A program made the translations under genes and the position numbers. Below the pieces are notes generated by a model that made no database searches, had not been told where the DNA came from, and saw only the letters and a list, made by a program, of their open reading frames with translations. A stretch of 63,974 bases of DNA, the filler included, from Octopus bimaculoides (Eukaryota): assembly GCF_001194135.2 (NCBI RefSeq). It is 4 parts of 4 records of this genome, joined end to end, with 100 filler letters (N's around TTAATTAATTAA, not from the genome) between each part and the next. Parts side by side here need not be neighbours in the genome. Positions count along the whole stretch, not along the records: positions 1 to 19,796 come from NC_069008.1; 3 more parts are not named here. One strand, given 5' to 3'. This document shows, piece by piece, positions 1 through 11,884 of the stretch; the first letter of the stretch is position 1; each line of letters opens with the position of its first letter.

Positions 1-189
1 GGCATGCACACACGCGCGGTTAGGCGCACTCATGATTAGAATGCGAGTTAGATATTTAGTAGGTGTTTAGAAGAACGGGGAGGTTTAAAGAAAATATAAG
101 TCTCCCATACTTTAAAGTAAAATAAAATAAAATTACACTAAATTAACGCTTACTCAAAATTCATTCTCACTGCATTGTGCGAAAGTACA

Positions 190-2460
190 TTTATTATGCG
201 TGTAGGCATCTCGATAGTCTTTCGGAAACTCTATTAAGTATCTTTTCATTAGTCCACAGAATAGACAGGGATTCCTCGGAGCAGAGACGGCATCTCCTGA
301 AAATTGCACTGTATGGTTTTGCATGTCTAACTATGGACCAAGTAATGGAGTATTTCGTATTAGCCTCCTTCAGTCGCCATATAAAATCTGCCGAGTGTCT
401 TTTATTGATTGACCTAAAGCTGGCAGCATGATTACGATAACGATTCTTAAATGAATCAGCCGTCTGCCCAATGTAAACACAGGGCCCTCCTATTGTGTGC
501 ACGGTACATTTATATACAAGATTTGTACTCATACAGAGATTCATCAAAGGACATTTTGATTTATCTCTGCATGAGCATTTATCGTTTTTATTTGTATATA
601 AAGCAGTCCTAACTCCATTTACCTGCGTTGTTATCGTGCTAGCTGTAACACGAGTATTTCTACTACTACGAATTGGTCGAAGTTGATGATTATCAATACG
701 GTTTACATCTCCTTGGTTGGCATTTAGATGTAAATGCTTGCTAAATCCAGTAGGTGGGTTATTGAACCTTTATCGCATTTTGCTATTGTTTAGCAGAGTT
801 AGCGTAGGATACCTTCACGGTGTGTCGATTAAAAATAGCATGGTACCGATTGGATTTAGGAAAACACTTGTCCAAAGCAGCCAAAAAATTTCCAGCGATC
901 CTGGTTGAAACATGCAAACTGAAAATTGGGTTGAACCAGAGGAGATCCTGATTCCTATATTTGTTGTTAGGTTTATTTGATCTCATGCGTTGTACAGGAT
1001 TGGAACAAGCAGATGAATTATTATGTCGCATGTGTCTATGAATTTTCTTTGGTAGATCATTGACATGACCAATTCCTTCTCGTCTGCTTTCTTTATCCGA
1101 GTGATTTCTCAAACAGTAACGTTGTGGTGGCATACGATGTGTATCGCAGTTGAAGGAATTACCAGTGTTGCTTGAGCCTGTCTCTTGTATATACTGAATT
1201 CTATCACGGTGCCCAGCCTTAGCTAGAGCATCATTATAATAAGATGCATGACATTCCAAAATTTTACCGGTAGCCGGTAATCTAGAAATTCTAGTAGGAA
1301 TATTCTTAACTAGTCCCCCGTATAATCGAGGGTGGATGGTTGTATGCTACGATAATGTACTTAATANNNNNNNNNNNNNNNNNNNNNNNNNNNNNNNNNN
1401 NNNNNNNNNNNNNNNNNNNNNNNNNNNNNNNNNNNNNNNNNNNNNNNNNNNNNNNNNNNNNNNNNNAGAGCATCATTATAATAAGATGCATGAGATTCGA
1501 AAATTTTACTGGTAGCTGATAATCTAGAAATTCTAGTAGGAATATTCTTAACTAGTCACCCGTATAATCGAGGGTGGATGGTTGTATGCTACGATAATGT
1601 ACTTAATATGATCATTCGGTTTATGAAATGGCTAAAATAAACCAGAATCAAGGCAGAAGGTAACGCCAAGAAAATTCACTCTACGATAATCCTTACCTAT
1701 AGTAATATTTAGTCCTAAATTTTTGAAAAGTCTAAAGAAATTTTTCCTATGCCTTTCTGACTGTACTTTACTACTTCTGCCTAGAAAAAATAAGGCGTTA
1801 TCCCTATATAGACCCCCTGTTACTTCAGGAAAGGAAGACTGGATTAATGACAAGATATATATTCCGACTAGTCACTGGCCTGAGCAGAATCGTGTGAGTC
1901 CATTGCTATATGAAATGCATTTTCCCTATCTGACCTATTTCATAATGTACCATCAAAATCTACTAAAGTGGCTGGCGCAGTAAGAATAATATCTATTTTG
2001 CGTCGGGACAAATCGGAATTTTTCATGCTAAAGATCAGGGCTTGATTGGGAACGATCGGGTTGATAGTGGCATAGTAGCTCTCTCTATCAAGTTGCAGGA
2101 ATTTACTAGCTTTATTAATTTCAAGAAGCTTGAACCATCCAACCACCTCTTGGGTATCAGACCAGACGGCTAATCTAATTTTAGACTTAAGGAGGGGTAT
2201 TAACTTGTCAATGATACTTTTACTAATAATGCTTATATCGGATTTAGAAGGACAAGTCAATCTAACTGAGTGGTCGATAAGAAAGTTAGGTAGCTTACTG
2301 GTAAAGCACGATTACTTTCAGAGTGATCTTTAGGTAAGTAACAAGTGAAAGACAGCAGATGGAATAAACGAGAATATATTATTAATCACAACAATTGTTT
2401 CGACACATCTACCATCGACTCCTCTTGTGGGACACACAAAAACTGGTTCAGGAATATATT
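190..2460 (-). mobile_element. Decayed Penelope-like retroelement (RT, Cys-rich linker, GIY-YIG endonuclease), probably Naiad/Neptune-type
   Basis: Collinear minus-strand fragments: CPSKSDISIISK..FLQLD (1940-2260), GLYRDNAL..VNFLGVTF (1632-1853), LLWFNPIFS..HAIFNRHTVKVSY (783-1259), CSCRDKSKCPLMNLC (533-577), VYIGQT..FKNRYRNH..CRLCSEE (194-547). Multiple stops and frameshifts. Confidence 0.88.
194..580 (-). pseudogene. GIY-YIG endonuclease domain of the Penelope-like element
   Basis: LVYKCTV..CVYIGQTADSFKNRYRNHAASF..YSITWSIV..CRLCSEE, preceded by a CxC-x5-C-x5-C linker. Confidence 0.88.
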
Positions 2461-2469
2461 CTTTTTTGC

Positions 2470-2643
2470 CTTTACTTGTTCCAGTTATTTGACTTCGGCC
2501 GTGCTGGAGCATCGCCTTCAGTCGAGCAAATTGAACCCAGGACTTACTCTTGGTAAGGCTAGTGCTTATTCTATCAGAATCTTTTGCTGAACCGCTAGTT
2601 TACGGGGACGTAAACACACTAGCATCGGTTGTTAAGCGATGTT

Positions 2644-2680
<37 letters not shown>
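2470..2680 (-). mobile_element. SINE family B, partial copy
   Basis: ggccgtgctggagcatcgcc..gagcaaattgaacccaggactta..gtaaacacactagcatcggttg matches the copy at 41261-41638 and runs into (CA)n(TA)n. Confidence 0.8.
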
Positions 2681-2710
<30 letters not shown>

Positions 2711-3196
2711 NNNNNNNNNNNNNNNNNNNNNNNNNNNNNNNNNNNNNNNNNNNNNNNNNNNNNNNNNNNNNNNNNNNNNNNNNNNNNNNNNNNNNNNNNN
2801 NNNNNNNNNNNNNNNNNNNNNNNNNNNNNNNNNNNNNNNNNNNNNNNNNNNNNNNNNNNNNNNNNNNNNNNNNNNNNNNNNNNNNNNNNNNNNNNNNNNN
2901 NNNNNNNNNNNNNNNNNNNNNNNNNNNNNNNNNNNNNNNNNNNNNNNNNNNNNNNNNNNNNNNNNNNNNNNNNNNNNNNNNNNNNNNNNNNNNNNNNNNN
3001 NNNNNNNNNNNNNNNNNNNNNNNNNNNNNNNNNNNNNNNNNNNNNNNNNNNNNNNNNNNNNNNNNNNNNNNNNNNNNNNNNNNNNNNNNNNNNNNNNNNN
3101 NNNNNNNNCACCGACTGATAACCCCTCGAAAATATCGTTCTTTTTTTTTTCCTTTTAAAATTACAATTTTTACACAATTTCAATATATTAACAATT

Positions 3197-4236
3197 TCAA
3201 TTAAAAATATCATAATTTTCCTCATTCCACCCCTCCGCAAGCAGATATTCTGCCCCTTCCAAACAAAAGTCTATTGTTAGGCTTGAATTTGCGGCGAGGT
3301 GGAAGAAACCTTTGTAGATAAATTTTTCTATAACTTTTGTCATTATGTTGTCATTTATAACCTCCGCAGTCACCTGCGGAGGCCATTTGGAACTACTCGC
3401 ACATTCCGAGTAGCTCCTATCTTGACCGCACTCGCGGTCCAAGAATTCATTGACCGCCCCTCCTTCCTGGTACAGGATAACATAATCATTATCCGCACTG
3501 GGAGGGGCGTCACACCACTCTGTCATTGGCACAATTCCCGCTGGCAGAGTCCTCCTCTCCGGGAGCACACTTCCCGCCGGAGAGGCCTCGAGTTCGGTCA
3601 GCGGCGCAGTGACTTCCGCTGACCGTCTCCCATTCTTTCTTTTCCGCCTTTTTCTTTTCTCTTTTGCGGGAGCTGGAACCTGCGACGGCACCCCCGAGGG
3701 GTCCTTCTCCTCTCCCGCAGCCTCAACTGGTGAGCAACCATTGTTGCTCACCTTCCTTTTTCGCTTTGTGGGAGCCTCCGCCTCCACGACCTTCTTTGTC
3801 TCCTCCTCCGATGAGGGGGCGACAGACACCTCCTTCTTCCCCTGCTCCGGGGCCCCTTTGTGACCCCGGGGACAGTGTTTCCTAATATGGCCAGGCTCCA
3901 GACACAGGTGACATTTGGGAGGAAGGCCCTCAAGAATTACCACGTATCTGGACCCAGCCATCCTTAGAAAATCGGGAAAAACCATTTCCCTGGCGGTCAC
4001 TGGAGTCCATAAGGTCAAAATTGCCTTAGAACCCTCCCAGTTGGCCGCTGCTGTTATTTGTACATTTAAGGGCCTGGGTCCGCTGTCCCCCAAGCCCCGC
4101 TGGATGGCATCCGAAATAAAGTTGTTGTATATTGTTAACTTAATGTGACAATCCCAATAAGGGAATATAATACTGCTGTTTAACCCTAGGAAGCTGGACC
4201 GCTTCCTGTCGGCCTTGACACAATTACTGTGTCCTT
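3197..4236 (-). mobile_element. LINE ORF1 (gag-like, L1/Tx1-type) with CCHC zinc knuckle; ORF2 not present
   Basis: 298-aa ORF with VILEGLPPKCHLCLEPGHIRKHCP (Cx2Cx4Hx4C) followed by a basic, low-complexity tail. The frame stays open upstream of the TTG at 4093 to about 4236. Confidence 0.75.
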
Positions 4237-4282
4237 ATGTTTGCGAGGGGGAGACAAACTCCTCCACCCAGCCTAGCCTGCA

Positions 4283-4325
4283 TTCAGGGACATGTTTCTG
4301 AGCCTTTGCTCGTCATCAGCCTGAA
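4283..4325 (-). ncRNA. Minimal type-I hammerhead ribozyme motif, intact core
   Basis: Minus strand reads TTCAGG CTGATGA C GAGC-AAAG-GCTC A GAAAC AT GTC CCTGAA: 6-bp stem I, CUGAUGA and GAAA core, 4-bp stem II, GUC triplet, palindromic ACATGT at stem III. Confidence 0.8.
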
Positions 4326-4458
4326 GTAGCATGACCAGCTGGTTGAAGAAGTCTGTCTAGCTCTCGCAACATATAATATAATAACAGTGAGATTTATTCA
4401 CTGTTTACCCGCATCACTACTGCTTAAATCTCTCTGAGAGATTTAGAAATATGATATT

Positions 4459-5150
4459 TCAAATTTTGGTAACCAGTGAATAAATTATGTTATCGAGTGA
4501 ATACATTGGAAGTAGTCCTTGCTTAAGTATTTCGATGTATCTTTCAGAGTTTATAGTTCCAACACATTCGATCAGCTCAGAACGACCATTGCTGGTGAGA
4601 ACTCCCCATACCATTACAGAGATATCACCATGTTTCACAGTTGGTTGGAGTCGTTTCAAATCAAATTCTTGATTGGGAAGTCTCCAGACCCAAACACATC
4701 CACTGTCTGGAAATAACGGAAATCTGGATTCATCTGAGAAAATCACTCTATCCCAAAATGAACTGGATTTTTCTGACATCCCCTTAGCCCATTTCTTTAC
4801 TTTTCACGATATTAATTGGTTGAAGGAGAGGTTTTCTTCTAGTTGCTCGTCCATAATACCCAAGCTTATGCAAATATGTAACACACGTTCTTGGACTAAC
4901 TTCTAACTGTTTTGCAATGTCAGAAGCCTTCCTCAATTCTCTTCAAACAGCGAAGCTTCCTTTCCGAGGGCCCAGGTCGGCCGGGACGAGAATCTGTTGA
5001 TTCTTTTCCTTGGCTTTTGAATTGCACTATAATTCTATTAACAGTAGCAAGAGGCATTTGAAGATTTTCAGCAATTTTTCTCTGGCTAAAGCCAGGCTCA
5101 AATTGCCCAACAATACGACCTCTTTGAAAATCTGACAGTTCTGCTGAATT
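4459..5150 (-). mobile_element. Tc1/mariner transposon fragment A (N-terminal HTH to first catalytic Asp)
   Basis: [32 protein letters not shown] then WDRVIFSDESRF..PTVKHG..VMVWG. Truncated before the second Asp; 5' end runs into a gap. Confidence 0.9.
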
Positions 5151-5251
5151 TNNNNNNNNNNNNNNNNNNNNNNNNNNNNNNNNNNNNNNNNNNNNNNNNN
5201 NNNNNNNNNNNNNNNNNNNNNNNNNNNNNNNNNNNNNNNNNNNNNNNNNNN

Positions 5252-6201
5252 AGTAAAACTTTCAAATAGAGACCGAATTGTTAGAGAAGATGACAAAAGT
5301 ACAGCTCCAAAAATTACTGCAGAGCTTAATAACCACCTTGGGACACCAGTTTCCACAAAAACTGTCCGATGGGAGCTGCACAAAGCCCGATTTCACGGAA
5401 GGGCTGCAATCAGAAAACCACTACTTTCAAAAAAAAAAAAAATAATAATACAATAAAAATAAAAATAAAGGAGAAGAAAAAGACGTTGCAAAGGGCTTAG
5501 AGTGGAGTAAAAACCTACAGAATTGGTCCCTAGAACAGTGGAAGAATGTTATTTTCTCGGACGAGTCAGCCTTTACCTTATTTCCGACCACTGGCCGAGT
5601 ATACGTGTGGAGACAGCCAAAAGAAGCATTTGACCCAGACTACCTTCTTCCAACTGTTCAACATGGAGGATTATTATCTGTGCTGATCTGGGGGCAGGGG
5701 GCTATATCTTGGAAATCCGCAGGCCCAAACGTTTCCTTTCATGGCAGAATTAATAGACAAGACTATTTAAGCTATTTAAGCATTTTATCTGATCAAATTC
5801 ATCCTATAGTTGCGGAAGAGTTTCCGGTGGGAAACGCAATCCTTCAGGATGATAATGCACCAATTCACACAGCTAAAGTTGTTACTGAATGGCACGAGGA
5901 ATATTCTAGTGAAGTTGAACATATTATCTGGACACCACAGTCGTCCTCAGATCTCAATATTACTGAACATTTATGGTGCACTTTAGAAAAACAAGTAAAG
6001 AGACGATATCCTCCACTATCATCACTACAAGAATTGGAGACTACTTTAGCCGAAGAGTGGACAGAAATTCCTTTGGAAACAAATCAAACTTTATACCTTG
6101 TAGAATTCAAGCTGTAATTATTGCTAAAGGCGGTCCTACACCAAATTAAAATAAATTTGTTTGAAATTTTAATGTTTCCATTATTTTGTCCAACTCCTGT
6201 A
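5252..6201 (+). mobile_element. Tc1 (DD34E-type) transposon fragment B with right terminus and TA
   Basis: TAPKITAEL..VSTKTVR..RKPLLS; WKNVIFSDES; LQDDNAPIHTAK; DLNITEHLW. Ends tttccattattttgtccaactcctg followed by TA (6200-6201). Confidence 0.9.
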
Positions 6202-6233
6202 TGTACGTGTATACGAAAATGGACGTGTGTGTC

Positions 6234-6363
<130 letters not shown>

Positions 6364-6627
6364 AGAAAGAAAGTGAGAGAGATAGAGTGAGTGAGTGAAG
6401 GTGTGTGTCGTGATGTATGTATTTTAATGTATACACTCATATAGAAAATGTAACGTCATCGTCGTCATATAAAATGTTGATTTATGGAAAATATTATAAA
6501 TTTCAATTTTTGTAATGTAAATATGTAAGTGAAAATAAAGTTTAGTTGGTAGCGGAAATACTTATAATGGGACTACAAGGTTCGTGATACCTGTGGAGTA
6601 TCCCCTTCTCCCATTACAATTATATTT

Positions 6628-7044
6628 TGTAGTCTTAAGATTCTGGAACTCGAAGAAGAAGAGACTTACAAGCGGAATCAATTCAATGGTTGTTTATTTG
6701 CTTCTCATTTCATGGGGTTTGCTCCCGGTGACCATCTGTATGTCAGCGCGTAGTTCGTTAGCTCTGTTCGTGAGAGGTACGTTACCTCTGGAGATAACGG
6801 GTAAAGTTAGAGCGGGTTAAGAATCCGCTGTGAGCTGCTAGGTTGCAGTGTTGTCCTACGTAAGCGCCAACGCAAGAGAAGAGAACGGGTTGCTCAATAC
6901 ACCTCCTTAAATAGATGTTGCCCACGAGAGCCTCGGTGTGGTCTCGTGCATGGCAAACATGGCTGTAGACGAGATCTCGGACCTGGCAATGGCTGCCGGC
7001 GAGATCTCGTACAAAATGGCGCTGGCTTCTTGTGTCACGCTACA
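6628..7044 (-). repeat. 3' LTR (417 bp) of the Gypsy element
   Basis: Minus strand starts TGTAG right after the purine tract agagaggagcccc and ends CTACA. Contains tatttaagg and aataaa. Confidence 0.8.
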
Positions 7045-10000
7045 GGGGCTCCTCTCTGAGAACGCCAGTGCGAAAATTAGAATGACTGGAGTATGCACAA
7101 GAAAGCAAAGATGTCCACCTATCACAAACAACAAGATGTGGTACAAAATATAATACAAAATGTTAAATTGAGAAAAAATAATCACAAGCAATATAAAAGG
7201 AGCATGCACAAAATGTTATTTTACAGAGTTCAATGATAAGGCATTGGTATTGTTCAGCACTCGAGAAACAATTGTCTGTCACAGGAAGAAAAAAGAAAAA
7301 AGTTAGATGTAATAAGTTCTAGTGAGTTTTTTGGGCCAATGCACAGTGCGGCCTGTCCTGGTGACATAGGGCTTGTTCGTGTTAGTTAGTGGCGACGAAG
7401 GTGGAAGTGTAGGTGATGGTGTGGTCAAAGGTGCATGTGCAGGGGGATGTGTAGGTGATTGTAAGGGATCAAAGGTGGGCGTGTTTGGGGTGTCATCGAA
7501 GGGTGTGGGCACCTCGAAATGTGCCCTTTTCAGTCTGTCGACACGGTCCTTGCCCGACCACTGATACCGTGACTAAAAGTTTTGGATGTGCGCGATAGCA
7601 CACGAAATGGTCCCTTATAAGGAGAAACGAGAGATTTCTTGACAGAATCATCCCGAAAAAAAAAAACATGAATCCATTTGTCAATGTCCAGTTAGAAATG
7701 AAAGCTCGAGCAACTGACTCAGCAGAAATGTCCACTATCGGAATGGCTTCAGGCCAACGAGAGAAACAATCGACGCATATCAATATGTAAGAGAACCCGC
7801 GACTGACAGGCCATGGTCCAACCAGATCAATGTGGACATGCCAAAAGCGAGTCTCCGGCGGAGAAAACTGTCCAAGAGGAGGAGCGCGAATGTGCCTGTG
7901 GACCTTAGAACGCTGGCATTTCACACAAGGGCGTACATAAGCGGTGATCATACGGCGCATATTAGGCCAGAAAAACCGAGCCGTAATAAGCTTCACCAAG
8001 GCAGCGATACCAGGATGTAACAGTGAATACAAGGCATCGAAAACAGAATGCTAGTGGGTCGCAGATACAAACGGTCTGGGAGAACCAGTAGCTGTGTCAC
8101 AAAGGATTGTGCCTTCAGCAGACGGAAGTGGAAGATAGGCAAACTTGCAAAAGGACAGCTTGGTGGAAGTTAGATCCAATGTGTCCAGAGCTGGTTGATC
8201 CTGCGCAATGGCAGTTAAATCGATTGCAGCAGGAGTTGAAAGAGGACATACAGGGAAACGAGAGAGTGCGTCAGCAGGCACGTTCTCTGTTCCAGGTATA
8301 TGCCGAATGTCAGTCGTGAACTGGAAAATGTAGTCCAGGTGACGAAAAGCACGAGGCGAGTTTTTGTCCGATTCTGATGACAGAGCAAACGTAAGAGGCT
8401 TGTGATCAGTATAAATCACAAAATACCGGCCCTCGTGTTGATGTTGAAAGTGACGAATTGACAGGTAGATTGCTAAGAGTTCACGATCAAACGTACTGTA
8501 ACGACGTTCAGCTGGTTGTAATTGACGAGAAAAAAATGCCGAGTTTGATTGTTGACGGTATGTTGCAAAACAGCACCAACCGCAGACTGATGCATCAATT
8601 GTTAAAGAGAGAGGAGCATCAGAAGCCGGATGTGCAAGCAAGGGAACAGAAGCTATTTCCTTCTTAATTGACTCAAACAAAGATAATGCCTCGGCAGGTA
8701 GAGTGATAAGAGCATCTCTTTTTGTATTTGCTTTCAGTAGTTGAGTCAATGGAAGTAACTTGTCTGCACATTTATGTATGAAGCGTCTATAGAAATTGAC
8801 GATTACCAAAAAGTGACGCAATTGGCGTAGAGAAGTGGGAGGTGAGATGCGTTGAATTGCATCGACTTTGGAAGAGAGAGGACTGATACCATTCGAGTCG
8901 ATATAATGCCCCAGAAATTCCAGAGAGGACTGCTCCAAAACACACTTATCGGGGTTGATTTGCATATTGTAGGTGCGAAGATGCTGAAAAAGTTGAGATA
9001 ATTGTTGGAGATGATTTTCACGCGTGTCGCTAGCTATGAGCAAATCATCGACGTAAGCGAACAGAAAATCAAGTCCATGGACAACTCCATCGATAAACCT
9101 CTGGAATGTACTCGTTGCATTCCGCAAACCGAAGCTCATACACAGGAACTCGAAACTTCCAAAGGGGGTGGTAACGGCAGTTTTGGGTTCATTGGAATCT
9201 GATGATAAGCCCGGATGAGGTCAACCTTAGAAAAAATCGTACAACTATGCAAGTTCGAAGAAATATCCCGGAGATTCCTTGTAGGATAGCGATCGGGAAC
9301 AGTGACCGCATTTAATCGTCTGTAATCCCCCAGCGGACGAAAATCTGAATCCCCTTTCCTTGCTAAATGTAGAGGAGATGCCCAAGGGCTGGTGGAGGGG
9401 GCGAATAAGGCCGAGTTGAAGTATATGTTCAAACTCAGAACGAGCTATTTTTAGCCGATCAGGAACGAGTCGCCGTGGACGCGAAAAAACGGGTGGTCAA
9501 GAAGTAGTGATATAATGGCGAGTTGAGTGTGTGACTTTCACTGATTTGAAAGTCGGATCCACCATCTCTGGGAAAGAAGCCAAAAGGGAGTGAAACTGGT
9601 CACCATTGGTGGCGACAAAAAATGACGGACTGAAAACAGCATTAGTAGTAACACGAGTAGGCGTGAACAAAGACGTAGGATCGTCCACGATTCTCTGTCG
9701 CCTGGCATCTACTAATAAGTGAAAATGGTTCCAAGAAGTCCGCGCCCAGAATGGGATATGGTAGATCTGCTATAACAAAAACAACCCACCTAAATTCCCT
9801 TCAAAGGATGAGATCTAGGTGTAATGAGACCTGACCGTAAGATTTTATCGGGGATAGATTCACTGCGTGCAGGTTGATGGAAGATTGCTTCGGCTTGTCT
9901 GAAGTAAAACGCAAAGGCCAAATAGAACAGCTGGATCCAGTGTCAACCATAAACGTTTTGCCAGACACACGATCTTTAACAAAGAATGCACGATTAGATG

Positions 10001-10090
10001 AAAATTTGCGGAACTAGTTTCGCGACAACTGGAACGAACATGGTTGGATGCAACGACGGGCTTTAGGATCTTTCTGATTTGGCGGGCACC
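6628..10090 (-). mobile_element. Decayed Ty3/Gypsy LTR retrotransposon (CsRn1-like): gag remnant, protease, RT, RNase H, integrase, PPT, 3' LTR
   Basis: KARRCIQPC gag end (~10040-10090); FMVDTGSSCS protease (~9940); RPLGDYRRLNAVT, FGLRNATSTFQR, YVDD RT; DAS and RELLAIY RNase H; HPG..C..CQRSKV and HIDLVGP integrase with an internal deletion. 5' LTR not seen. Confidence 0.93.
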
Positions 10091-11426
10091 ATTTTTTATT
10101 TATGTTTTATTTAGTGTGTTTTCTACAGAAACACTTTAAAACTTCGTATACTTGTATATTTTGTCTTATAGAACAGAGAAAAAAATTTTGTATTCGAAGT
10201 TATTTCATGTTAAAAGTTGTCGTATTTCGGTAATTTCAACCAATCACTGACGTCTATTGAGGTGAAAACAATTACTGCTATGGATTGTCAACAAAACGTT
10301 GTGCGGTGTAATGGGATCTTAAATCCAAAGTAGGTGATATACTTTGTGGATTATCATCANNNNNNNNNNNNNNNNNNNNNNNNNNNNNNNNNNNNNNNNN
10401 NNNNNNNNNNNNNNNNNNNNNNNNNNNNNNNNNNNNNNNNNNNNNNNNNNNNNNNNNNNNNNNNNNNNNNNNNNNNNNNNNNNNNNNNNNNNNNNNNNAT
10501 CTCACTTGCAAGTTGCAGAATTCTGAGTTCTAATCTCGTCCATCTTTGTGAATATTCTAAATAAAACTGATTTGCTCTAAAATTATTCTCCAGCCATTTT
10601 ATATGTAAAACACCAAACCATCATTTGTGTGGATACAACTATAAGCTATAGAATTTGCTCACTTGACAAGTTAATGATAAGATTTTCTATATTTCTCTAA
10701 AGTGATTTCCACTAACTTTTTACTTTGAAGCTAAATAATTTCTTGACCTTATTTGATACTAAATGTTAGAATGCTTCATTATAGACATTCAGGTTCGCAT
10801 GCTTGTTTGTGGAACGTTTATGGAAGTTAGAGGTTCAAAGACCGAAGTACATACACTTTTCTGAATATGATGAAGCTGTTTCTGAAATGTTCATTACCAG
10901 ATTAATTATCTCAACGACAGTTGAAACACTTATCAATAGTAATTAAGTAAATGATTATAAACCCAATTATATGTGTTGTACGTTTTCACATTTTAGTGGA
11001 ATGTTTAGTAACTGATGAAATCAGTGTCTCAGTGCATGCTCTATTTAAACTTAGATTGCATCATTACAGCATTTTAACTCATAAAATAGATTATAGTAAA
11101 AGAAAACAGATTTGATCTTTTATTGACAAAAATTCAAGGATTAAAAAATATAGTTGGTAGTTAGAAGAAAATATACAGAGATTTCAAATCAAACAAAATG
11201 TTCGGGTTTTCTGTGTCACAGTCAAATAATAATGCACAGAAACTTGCTTAAATGATGTTATTGCAGTTTATACAGTCTTTCAGTTGCATATTGCTATATT
11301 GATTGTAAAAAAAATAAAGTTACTTTATAGGGAAATATGTTTAATATAATATAAGAAAAAAATTTAGTTTAAGACGAGAAATCTTATCAAAGATGATCGT
11401 TGAAGACATTTGTCTTTTATTTTCAG

Positions 11427-11479
11427 TTATAAGTTTGTTTCTGTTCTTTCAACTTCTATTCCATCATCACAGTCTGCAT
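11427..11479 (-). CDS. Putative terminal coding exon of an unidentified membrane protein: (N)ADCDDGIEVERTETNL-stop
   Basis: Acceptor ttttctcattatgtttccag, phase 1, TAA at 11427-11429. Followed by about 900 bp of non-repetitive AT-rich 3'UTR-like sequence with aataaa. Confidence 0.55.
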
Positions 11480-11813
11480 CTGGAAACATAATGAGAAAAC
11501 GATATAGAATATTTGTTTTTGAACTCAATAACCCCTGACCCTTTTATTTTCTATCTAGCTTTGTCATCTACTATTTTCTCCACATATAAAAACATGTTTC
11601 TACAGGAGACGCATGGCTGAACAAAACTGATTACACAAACAAGCTGTGAGGAATAAATTATCAGGATTATGCTGTAAAATACTGGCAATATTGGTCCAGG
11701 GATATTTTCGAGAAGAACGTGGGCAAATTTATATAAAGATGATGGACTATCATTTCTATTATTTTGTTTAAGGTGCATATGGTTGTATCTATATTTTCCA
11801 AGGATCTATCGAT

Positions 11814-11884
<71 letters not shown>

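Noticed and set aside
10078-10092. TGGTGCCCGCC as a possible primer-binding site of the Gypsy element
   Set aside because: It sits immediately before the end of gag with no adjoining LTR, so it is more likely the truncation point.
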